A stretch of 64,000 bases of DNA from NCBI GenBank assembly GCA_002633005.1, contig NMRA01000407.1, positions 347,162 through 411,161 of the forward strand. The letters run 5' to 3'. Positions within the stretch are counted from its first letter, which is position 1. Each line of letters starts with the position of its first letter. The DNA comes from Phoronis australis (taxonomy: Eukaryota; Animalia; Phoronida). A program made the translations under genes and the position numbers. Below are positions 12,001 through 23,090 of the stretch, piece by piece. Under the pieces are notes generated by a model. It was not told the origin of the DNA and ran no database searches. It saw only the letters and a list, made by a program, of their open reading frames with translations.

Positions 12001-15000
12001 AAAGTTCTGTGCTCGAATGAACACACTGCGCACTTGCCAGGTTCAGCTAAAATTTGGACGTAACCGGCCACTACTTGGGTAATCGCCCCGACTTCTGAAA
12101 TTTTTCAGTTCAAGCGCCTACTGCTTGGGTAACTGCATACCCCCATGTCTCAGGGTTTCCCAATTCAGGTGCCCAGAGCGTTAACTCGCGAGTTTACAGT
12201 ATTACCTGTATTATACGCAAAACAGGACTCGTGTGGGTCCCACCATCCCACTTAAGTTGTCAGCCCAGTTTGTGTGTAATCTCTCTTTATTGATTTCTCA
12301 AAGCTGCACACTGTGCAGTGCATGGTGTATTGGTCAGTAAGTTTTATGTCATTTTAAATTAACATCATTTCTCATTCTCTTGCAGAGAAGGTGCTGAGCC
12401 CAAAGGCCTCACTGAAGATGACATTTGGCGTGCCAAAAACATCTATGATTCGGCTTTCCATCCTGATACGAAAGAGAAAATGTTCATTTTGGGAAGGATG
12501 TCGGCTCAAGTTCCCATGAACATGACTATCACAGGTGCCATGATAACATTCTATAAGTATGTACTGAGACACACATTTTTATCACTTAAATAACATAGAA
12601 AATATATATCTGAAACTAAATAAGGCGATCCAGATCCTCCCAAGGATACTATTGTTTCAAGAAATGAAGAAATTCGGTAAATAAAACAACAAGAATGGAT
12701 CAACTGAAATTTGAAATTTTCGGATGTAACAACTTCCTTTATCAACAAAAACAGAAATAAAGTAAAATCAAACACAAAATGACAATTGACTAAGAAACTT
12801 GGTACAGGCTTCTATGCCTTCATGTTGAGGAATATTAGTGTATAAGCCTTCCATATAGCCTTGCCCTAAGAATTCGACGCATTTGTTCAGAAGAAACTTC
12901 CTTTAATAACCGTTTAAAAGAACTCAAGTACTATCTAATTCAACGTCATTTCCCTTTACATCTTATACACAAACAGTTTGACAAAGTCCGCTCAATTACT
13001 CGAAATGAATCTTTAAGAACTAAAACTAAAGGCAATACTACTAATAGAATACCTTTCATAACTATGTTCAATCCATGTTTAAACGGAATTAGCCACGTCT
13101 TCAAAAAACATCTTTCTACACTGCATATTTCCCCTCAAATGAAAAACCTATTTCCTCATCCCCCTATAATTTCTTGGAGAAAATGTAAAAATCTAAAAAA
13201 TTATTTAGTTAAAGCTAATATCGACAATATACACCAAACTGACAAACCTATTGGCAACACACAATGTAACAAAACTAGGTGTAAAATGTGTAACTTCATC
13301 AACGATAGCACTTTTTTCCAGTCTTCCCAAACCAATGAAAACTTTGAAATAAAACATTATTCTGATTGCACCACCAACAATATTATTTACCTTATAACTT
13401 GTAAAAAATGTTCTATCCAATACGTAGGACAAACTCAACATAATCTACAAACTCGGTTTCGTAATCATAGATTTAACATAATACATAAAAACATTTCTGA
13501 TACTATAGGTAATCATTTCAATTCCAAAAACCATAATATTCAAGATCTTTCTGTACAAATAATAGAAAAACTCCAACACCCCAGTACCCCTCACAGACTT
13601 AAAAGAGAACAATATTGGATAGACAAACTGAATACAATAGAACCTCATGGATTGAACATAAAAACTTCTTAAAATATGTCATTGAATTTTTTACGCAAAA
13701 ATGTATCATTTTCATTACACCATATCTTACATGTCAATTGTCATTTTGTGTTTGATTTTACTTTATTTCTGTTTTTGTTGATAAAGGAAGTTGTTACATC
13801 CGAAAATTTCAAATTTCAGTTGATCCATTCTTGTTGTTTTATTTACCGATTTATATCACTTAAAGAAACATTTAGTTTTTAATCACCTTATAGTTATAAA
13901 ATCAATTTATCAACCAGGGTACTTATCTACAAATATGGCCTCAAACCTTTCTATGCCGTTATGGAAGATGGTTTCCATCCCCAAATGTGATCCATGACAT
14001 TGGCATGTTAAAAAGAGTGTAATATTTAAAAACCTTCAGTTGTGACATGGTTGACCAACATTTTCAAAATACTCTCTTCCTCAATAGCGGATTTGCAGCG
14101 TAAACGAACTACGCATTGCGCATGTGCGAGTTACTTCCTGCGCGAAGGCTCATGGGATAGCTTGTGGTCAGGCATGTCTTGTGGAGGCTGGATAGTGTGT
14201 GCATTTGGAGTGATTTGCAAACTAAAAACCATGTTTCATTTTTTTGCTTTATAATACCAAGCAAGTCCTTTCTCTCGTTTGTAAACACAGCGTAGCTATG
14301 ATCAGTGACCGTGTGACCGAGGGCACCACTGTCGTCATGTTCAGCATTGGGGCTATCGGCGTTGATTTCGAAATCTCCGGTTTCAGAGAGTTGAGAGTTC
14401 TTGGGTTGCTTAACTTTTGTAGCTTTCGCCGTGGATATGCTAGAAACGTTAATTTTAAGAGGAAACTCCGTCGGAATGTTGTTTTCATACGTTTTTTTTC
14501 CACCAGGAAAATGTTCGCTGCACACATGATGGCCCCCAGGCAATTACATCGCACTGGATGCTGCAGGCATTCAGGGATGATAGCACATGCTCACAAAAAG
14601 TTACTCATTTCAAAATACAGCAAATAAAATCAAATGAACCATACATATAGGAACACGGAGTTATAATTAACACATACCACGACTCTGGATACAACTTAGT
14701 CAGCAAAACTTGAACAAATCGAGGAAAATCTGTCGCGGTTTGCTCGAGTTTCTCTCAGTTACCGGGTGCCATTTTGAGGAAGTTACGTGAAATTACGCAT
14801 GTTGACGAATAATAAGTCCAAGGGACACACATCTTACAAGTTTCACCCGATACGTTCTCATGCTATTTTATAAGTGTCGCACGCTAGCGTCACGCGCTTC
14901 GCTCAGTCTTGCGCTAACCTTTGCCTAACTTACGAGATTCAGTTGACATGCTTTGCGGTTATCGCGCACGCAGTGATAAAATTAACGGCAACCAAAAAAG

Positions 15001-18000
15001 TGAAGTTGTAATTCTTCGCCAAAGTCAACTTAATTCTCACAACTAAGCTTTATCAAAGATATGTATAGAAGTAGAAAGGACCAATGATGAAAGTAAGCGT
15101 GTTTTTAAATGATAGTTTTAAGTGTAGAATGTATTTTTGACGAGGTGAAAACTCGAAATCGGTAACCCGAATCCGGTCACGGCCCGTTTAAAATACACTG
15201 AAGTAACGAAATGAGTACAGAAAGCGAATGGAAGTATTGTAGCCTCTATATGGCCAACCGAGGGGCTACGTGTTGCCTTCTCAGTAGATGGCCCGCGTTG
15301 GTTTGAATGCGCTAAATCTCCCCTTATTCCCAGGTCTCCTAATGTTGTTTATCCAATTTTCACGAAGTTCTTGGTTTGCAGGGAACACATAAAAACCCAG
15401 ATTTTTATCTCTCTTGTTGTTTTGGAAGCAGCCAGGAACACAACAAGTGTAAGTTTTCTTCGCGCTCATACCGCGCATTATGCTTGTTACTATGGCTGCT
15501 TTCGAAATCCTGACCACAGCACCCACAATGCACCATTTTAACCTAATTTCAATATGGCGTCGCTGCAAATCCGCTATTGAACTCTGCTCTTTGGTGTTAG
15601 TTAAAAGCACTGTGCATGAATAACCTACTTTTCAAAATGCCAGCCTCTCATAATTATGCACCCACTTGTTGATGCACCCACATATTGATATGTGGCTGTT
15701 TTAGCTATACATGTTAACATGAGATGATGCTCTCAGAATTCATTATACTACCATTTTGTATACTTAGTGCCACAGAGAAATAATTTGTTTAGGTCATGTA
15801 CAGGTATAATTAGGATGAAATTAGAACACACCAAGTCTACAGCATCGAATTGAGCCACTAAAGCAACAAAATGTTCTTTACTCTGTCCATAGTTGAGTAA
15901 ATTTAGGATTTCTCATTGTCTTGACCTTAATTTAAAGAATCTGAAACAAACATGATGTTTATAAAAGTGGCACCTGTGGGATATAACGTGCCTGTATTTT
16001 TAGAACCAGTGTTCTTCACTGAATAATGGGCATCAAACTGGTTTTCAAAATGTGAACATGTTATATTCAACTATTGCCGACACCTGAATTAGCAGCTATT
16101 ACATGAAGTAATGCAAAGGACCCATGTGTGTTGCACCAGCTTGTTTCACATGATGTATCTGTCCTCTTGTGGCTCTATACTATAGGACCCCAGCTGCTGT
16201 GATATTTTGGCAGTGGACTAACCAGACTTTTAATGCTATAGTCAACTATACAAACAGAAGTGGACCTCACCCTGTAACAGTCAAGTGAGTACCTTTGATG
16301 ATAGGAAGGACTTTGAAGAGGTGACTGTGCTCCTCGTAAATGACTGTTAAGTACAAGTCAAAGTGCTTTGATATTTTACCTCCATGTACAATTCTTATGA
16401 CGTGTACAACTCTTAAGGCTTCTGACCACCTTCGTTACCAAGGTTTAAAATGTGTTAAGGTTATGTAGAACCTTATTGACAAGTCCATGCAGGTTTTTAG
16501 CCAAATTTCTGCGAAATTGTCAACTAATTAAAAAATTTATTTTTTATTTTACACCAATCGGCCATTAATTGGGTTTTCTTGCTAGACTGTGTTTTTGGTA
16601 AAAGAGGAAATGCATTTTCACAGCAAAACAAAGGTTTGATACCAAATTTCATTTGTTATGAATGTTCGAGGTGAAATATCAAAAATGGTTGTATGAATTC
16701 TCATTTGGTTTTTATTTTTTTAACTTTTGAATTTCTTCATTATAAATCATAAAAATATTTTTGATAGCCCCTCATGCATAAGTAGACTAAACAGTGTTTT
16801 GGAAAACACTACATAAATCATATTAATTGAAAGTTCCGTAAGAATCTAATCAGCTATTTTGGAGTAATGACGTTTGGATTTTTATAGGGTACTTCACATA
16901 ACTTTAAAGAACATTTTATGTAAAAAATATGAAAACTTAAACCTGAACCTATTTTAGAAATATGTGGTTTTTCACTGAAAAACATTATTTCAAGCTATTA
17001 GAGGCTAAGGGACTACAAATGTCCAGACACTATTTTCATGTGCATAATATTGGTAACGAAGTTAGACAGTTACCTTAAACAGCCCTGTCTGCGTATAATG
17101 CTCATGGAAACATGTTTGTTTCACTAGGACTTGCCAATTCCATCAGTACAGTAATTGTTTTGAAACTTTAGTTGCTGAAGGTGTTGAATAAGTTTGTTGG
17201 CTGTGTCACCTTTGTTGACCTAAAAAGTTTTAATTGACTGTCAGATGTAATCATCATCATGTGCCTCTTAAAATCCTATTGGTAGACTTATGTGATGTAT
17301 TTCCAGCTCAGACAATCTTGTGTTCAAACTGTGATTTCAGCCAGCTGGGTGTGTCTTACATAGCTGCCACTGGGGGCGCTGTGGGTACCGGTCTGTTTCT
17401 CAACAGAATGGTCAAGGTAATTTTTTCTTAGAGCTACTGGCAATAATTTTGTTGGTTTGACGGCCGTACCCTAACGGTGTTACAGCAGTTGTTTTGCAAG
17501 CTCACCATACATGAGCTGACTATAATATGTTATGTATAGAGTTTCTGTTTGATGAAATTACCCTTTATTTGTAACTATGTGCCAGTCCTTGAACTGTAGT
17601 ATTATAATATTATCATCTCAATGAGCTTGGTAACTGCATTTCATCATTCCTGTTCTTCTTTAATTGTTTAGCCTGCCTTTGATAAATTTTGTCTGGTTCT
17701 TCAAATGACTTCAAGTTCACATTAAGGTTTATTATAATAATCATCCTGGTTACACTGTCTTGTACTCTCAAACGAAACAATGTATGATTCTACTTCTGCA
17801 CTTGATTCTGGCAAAAACGCTCCGACCAGGTATTGATACAGTCTGCTTACACTTCAGCACATGTCTCCTTTGATTGGACGGTTTGTTCCCTTCGCCTGTG
17901 TTGCAGCCGGTAACTGCATCAACATACCCTGCATGAGGAGCAAGTGAGTCATTTTCATCAACTGATTTTCTTTTTTCTAGTTTAATCTTCAGGTATTATA

Positions 18001-21000
18001 GGAATTTAGGAAAACATCCAGATTTGGTCAATTCAGAACATCATTTCTCAGAAATGGCTGTTTGAATTTTATTTACCCTTTCTTACATCAGTGCCTCTCT
18101 TAATTATGTCATTTTCATTGCTGTAAGTACTGAGTCTCTCACTATTTATCATCTTTTTATTTAATTTCATTTCTCCTAGTCTTATTTCATCATCTTTCAT
18201 CATTAATTTATTAATTATCTACTTTCTCAACCTGTCTTAATTGTGGCTTTGCTATCTGTATTTAAATATTGTTTAACTATTTTTTTGTATTTTATTGTAC
18301 TGTGCTCTATTACATCCTGTTGTTGAGGGCCCTCTTGGAAAGCATTGTTAACATTGAAGAGGCCACACTCATTTTAAATATTACAATAAATAAATAAAGT
18401 TGGGATCACTTCAATTGTTGGAATTACCATTCAATATTAGGACTGTATCGCGTCAAAATGTTTTGTTTTGTTCTGGTCCAGTTATCACCCGCAGTTATTG
18501 GTGCTTGTTTTTTATGAACCTCGGCGTAGAAGTATTTACAAGTTTATCTTTTATTTACAAGTTTATCTTTTGTTTGAAAATATTATAAAATCCCATGAAA
18601 ACAGTTTGCAGGAAATGTCAGAATTAACAAAATGTCATTTATTTAGAAAACATTACCAATCGCAAATAGTGGAAGATTGATATTACATGCATTGAGTTAT
18701 ACCTCTTAAAACTAAAGATGGACCAAACCAAAATTACGCTCATCGACCCGGATTCCTTGGTTCTAAAGCGTGCCCACTGCAGCCATATCTTGTCATGACA
18801 TCGTGCTCCTTATTTCTTGCAATCTAATACTATACTACTTACTGATGATGTCTTAATATTGTCATCAGTGTAGTACGCATTCACTGACGTTATACCGCAA
18901 GTCTTCTCGCACTACCCACATAGAATGAATACAGGGCTAACACAGATTACCCCTATCATTCTCAAGCGACTCAGTCAACCCAACACCTTGCCCTTATGTT
19001 CTCAGCTGATTGTTATTCAGTTACAGTTCATAGCGCTCTATTAGCTCAATGAATACCTGTGAATGATAATCAGGAATAATCTCACTCCTCTCTAAAAACA
19101 ATCTGATTGTGACTCCATCTTAAATGTGGCTAACACGTAGTCATATTTTGTAGAGAACTTGTAGAGGGCATCCCTGTGTATGACGTTGATGGCAACTTGA
19201 TTGGAGATTCACGCAGAGCAGCTAGATCAGCCATTGCACAGGTGGTCGTGTCACGAATTCTAATGGCCGTCCCGGGCATGAGTAAGTGGAGAGCCATACA
19301 AGGAAGCTTAGTAATAATACCCATAATTCAAACATATTACATTAAATACAAAGGCTCAAGACTGTCAAAATCTTCTCAAGACTTAATTAAATAATCATAT
19401 TGAAGTTGAAAGTTAAAGCGTGACACACAGTTCGTTAATTTCCGAGTCACCCCTCTCATGTCACGATTGCATAGTTTTGGCAATGTTATTGCTCAAAGCT
19501 GCAGAATGCTATAAACATTGATATAATACAGGCCATTCATACAGATATTCTGTGTTCTAAACTCGTTACAGAAAAAAAATCTTGGCAAAAGTTTCAAATT
19601 TTGAAATTTCCTTATTTTGACGTTTAGGGAGATACAAAATCTTAATATTGATATCTTGAGTTCTAGAGTCTGCTTCATGAAAGGTGATTAAGAACTAAGC
19701 AGGAAATGTAGTCTTGATGTTCCACACAACTGTAAAATTTAATCTCATTTAAAAGTATACTAAAACTCGTTTTGAGGATTTTAACCAATCTTCGTGCTGC
19801 CACTTGCTAATGCATCATTGGCATCGATCTTGAAAGATAAAGCAGGAATCAACTAAAAATTCATACCCCTATCTTACAAAATGGACATTATGGTCCTTGG
19901 TGGGTGTTTTTTCCCACAGTTGCCGTGTAATTTGCTAAAAGCATAGGTCACGCTTGCCAGTTAAGCAAAATTTGAAAGTTTTCGTATTTTCCTCTAAACG
20001 TTTTGAGGGTTGTCGAGTGTTCAGAGCATTATTTTGTTGCAGAGGACTGGATAGTAAAGATGTTTTTAGGATTTGGTATCCTTTTAAGCAAAAGTACAAA
20101 GTTTTTGACAATATTACAAGATCAATTCAGCCATTGTGAAGTGGGAGGGCAAGACCAAATTAACTTTAATAAAACTTAATCACTTCTAATGAATTGGTCT
20201 TCTGGAAGGTTGGAAGTTAAACCTCAGTTGAGCTTGCTATTTCCCAGCAGGCTCGATACTTAATGAAACTTTCCGTCATTCAAAAATTCACTTGAAACTC
20301 GAAAAGTGATGCACTTGTTATTTTCGTTGTTTTCAAGCCATACCACCTCTGATAATGAACCGCTTAGATAAAGTAATGCGCTTGTTATTATCGTTGTTCT
20401 CAAGCCATACCACCTCTGATAATGAACCGCTTAGATAAAGTAATGCACTTGTTATTATCGTTGTTTTCAAGCCATACCACCTCTGACAATGAACCGCTTA
20501 GATAAAGTAATGCACATGTTATTATCGTTGTTTTCAAGCCATACCACCTCTGATAATGAACCGCTTAGATAAAGGAGCATTCATGAAGAAATATCCTTGG
20601 ATGAGTGCACCCATGCAGATCATGATGATTGGTTTCATGTGAGTACATCTTGCCTGATCTATTGATACACAATATCAAACAAGCTATATAGTGCCCAATT
20701 TACAATTGGTCATTTTTTACTCCATGAAGTGTTGTATTGGTGAGTTGCCATGCTGTGTTGCGATAGATGAAGTGTGAGGTGCATTCCATAGCGCTAGTTT
20801 CATGCAAGTATCGCCAGATTACGCAAGATCACATTGAGCCATGGGAGTCAAAGGTGGTGAGACTGGAATGTTGAATTACTGAATAAACGAAGTTTCCACT
20901 CTATAAGTCGGTAGGTTTGTCACCGCAATTGTCTCGGAAATGTTTTGCACCAGTGTTGATAGAGTTGTTTATTATTCTGTGACAACATCTCCTCTGTTGA

Positions 21001-22301
21001 CCAACTTCATTTAACTTACTGATAGCGTGCCATACCTTATCAATCTTATTAAAGTACCATCAATATTCTATTGATGATCTAGTTTATTGCTTATAAAATG
21101 ACTTTCAGGAATGTGAATCTGCTTTGTGTTCAAGTTGCAATATAAGTTTTGATATCACACTGTCAGTTAAACTGCCTATAAACTCTCCTCCCTTCAGGGA
21201 AATTAACTTTTCATTTAGACAACTTATCATTTTGAAAGTGGTCTCTCAAGTTGTTCTTTAGCCAAATTGGAGATGTTTCCTGGATTTCTGTATTGCTGAC
21301 AGTTTGTTATTGCGCGAGACTAGACTCTACAAGTTGGCTTGTCACATCATGAGGTTTTACGTGTTGAACATGGTGTGAACCAATAACCAACTGTCAGCTC
21401 TGTGCAAGTCATGTCTAGTCTGAGTAATGAACAAGATGAGATCAATTTCATAACGATAAGTAGTCTACCGGTATATCAAATGTTGGCTTCTTGAATGGAA
21501 TGAGGGATTGTAGCCATGTTAAATGAACATCACCTGGTATTTATTGTTTTACATTGATAAACTTTGCCACTGTTAAGTTAGCATTTTGTTGCACTAAACT
21601 TTTTGAACATGAATTTTATCATTTGTCATAATGATGACTATTGTGGTGTACATTAAATGTCTGATAACATTTTAATTATTTTATGCACTTTATCATAATG
21701 ATGACTGTTGTGGTGTACATTAAATGTCTGATAACATTTTAATTATTTTATGCACTTTATCATAATGATGACTGTTGTGGTGTACATTAAATGTCTGATA
21801 ACATTTTAATTATTTTATGCACTTTATCACTTTACTGAGTGCTCATCTATATTTCAGCTTGGTATTCATGACTCCTGGCTGCTGCGCTTTGTTTCCACAG
21901 AAGAGGTTTGTCTTTCACACTTTGTAACCTATATAGTTTCTGAATTGAAATCATAATCCAATAGACATTTTTGACATGTCAGTCAAGCTATTAATTCCAG
22001 CCTATCTTATACATGCAAAAACCACCAAAAAAGCTGTGACAATTGAGACATCCCTGTGATGTTTTGAAAATTTTGAGATGTGACAAATTATGACTTGCCA
22101 TGAGGCATAAATTCATTCTCTGCCTTTTGTAAAAGTATTTTCTGCTCACCAGTATATAGGTGAAAGCACGTTTATTTGTAAATTTTCTTCACTGTTTTTC
22201 ACAGCTCCATGAGTGTATCACATCTTGAGCACGATCTACAAGACAAGATCAAGACATTAGGGACCTCTATTGATAGAGTTTACTTCAACAAAGGTTTATG
22301 A
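9019..22301 (+). CDS. SFXN1: Sideroflexin (SFXN1/3-like mitochondrial serine/tricarboxylate carrier); coding exons 9019-9037, 9720-9885, 12386-12556, 16186-16284, 17341-17416, 17858-17943, 19154-19281, 20539-20638, 21858-21905, 22205-22301
   Basis: Hallmark motifs [94 protein letters not shown] and C-terminal VYFNKGL*. All junctions are GT-AG and in phase. SFXN1 versus SFXN3 cannot be separated in an invertebrate. Confidence 0.95.
10692..10989. repeat. 33-bp minisatellite, about 9 copies
   Basis: Unit ATGGTCCTACATAATGGAAACGATTGTCAAGGC. Confidence 0.95.
12591..13853 (+). mobile_element. Penelope-like retroelement, 5'-truncated and rearranged (RT thumb + GIY-YIG endonuclease, inverted pLTR)
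   Basis: Frame from about 12846 reads [15 protein letters not shown]...CNKTRCKMC...[19 protein letters not shown]...RFRNH...[18 protein letters not shown] (stop at 13672). 12672-12790 is the reverse complement of 13733-13851. TATCACTTAAA is duplicated at 12580-12590 and 13854-13864. Confidence 0.92.
14086..15575 (-). mobile_element. Non-autonomous THAP-bearing DNA transposon (ISL2EU/PIF-Harbinger-like)
   Basis: TIRs AGCGGATTTGCAGCG / CGCTGCAAATCCGCT, each flanked by AT. THAP halves on minus: YTCCVPGC...FYVFP..ELRENWI (about 15469-15290) and HHVCSEHF...NIPTEFP (about 14530-14460). Superfamily inferred from the AT TSD plus THAP. Confidence 0.8.
14538..15278. mobile_element. Insertion nested in the THAP element, termini AGGCAA...TTGCCT
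   Basis: Interrupts the THAP domain. Its ends match a 58-bp mini copy at 28987-29044. GATGGCCC occurs near both sides. Confidence 0.6.
16417..17074. mobile_element. MITE with TTAA target duplication
   Basis: ttaa-GGCTTCTGACCACCTTCGTTACCAA ... TTGGTAACGAAGTTAGACAGTTACC-ttaa. Confidence 0.75.
18200..18398 (+). mobile_element. 3' end of a LINE/SINE with (TAAA)n tail
   Basis: T-rich tract, stem-loop GGCCCTCTT...AAGAGGCC, then AATAAATAAATAAA. Confidence 0.5.
20306..20573 (+). repeat. 67-bp tandem repeat x4 spanning a sideroflexin intron/exon boundary
   Basis: Acceptor AG ends at 20337, 20404, 20471 and 20538, each followed by the same first 35 exon bases. Confidence 0.95.
21627..21828. repeat. 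67-bp tandem repeat x3 ending about 30 nt before the next acceptor
   Basis: CATAATGATGACT... starts at 21627, 21694 and 21761. Confidence 0.95.
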
Positions 22302-22585
22302 AGCAACTGACTGATAAAAAAGAAAGTAAAGGAGACAGTGTACTTTGATACTCATTGCTGCAAAACATAGTACATGATTTCACATTATGACAACTGACTA
22401 GTCCTTGACCAATTCTGAAGAAAATGGATATTATTTAAAAAGATTGAATGCATAGCTGAACCACATTGTAACAAACTCCCAGGTCTGTTTTAAAACATAT
22501 TCTATTTCACTGTCCATGTATAATACAGTACAGTTAGCTTGGGCCTTTTGGAATGGAATGTTATTAGCAGGCAAGGGTAACAGTA

Positions 22586-23090
22586 TGGCTGTCCATGGTT
22601 ACACAGTGACATTCGCGAATCTTACTGTATTTACCTACAATACTGCAATATCTGCCGAGTACTTTTGTATCCTTGTTTTCGTGCCATGGAAGTTCCACGC
22701 GTTCTTTGTTGATGCCATATTCTTTTCAAGTTTTTCTCAGCTGCATTACTATATTCGATCTTTCAATGGCAACGGAGTATTACTGCTATGCTGTGGGCTG
22801 CAACTACAACCAAAGAAAGTTGGATAAATTTTACAAATCTATTTATGGTGTTGTTTTAAAAGGTCTTCACCTTCCTGACACCAATCAAAGACAAGAAAAT
22901 GTGGAGCTAGTGGATGAAACAAGTTCGTTTTTTTGTAATTGGACGGAATCCCCTTTCTTGAAGATCCCCTTTCAGTTCCAATACTTGACATGACCTGTGA
23001 AAATGTGCCTGACATTCCAAAACTAACCACACACTTTCTTACCTCCGGGACAAAGTACAGTTCTACCGTAGATTAATCCAGGACGGCCAT
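22586..23090 (+). mobile_element. Older copy of the same THAP-MITE family just 3' of the sideroflexin stop
   Basis: MATEYYCYAVGCNYN...KGLHLP parallels the peptide in the 29141-29538 element. Degenerate TIRs ATGGCTGTCCATGGTTA / TAATCCAGGACGGCCAT. Confidence 0.7.

Noticed and set aside
13064-13672. Standalone GIY-YIG nuclease gene
   Set aside because: It is the C-terminal part of a Penelope-like polyprotein with RT-thumb sequence upstream.
20306-21828. Both arrays flanking sideroflexin exon 20539-20638 have a 67-bp period
   Set aside because: The units share no clear sequence similarity; the equal period is probably coincidence.
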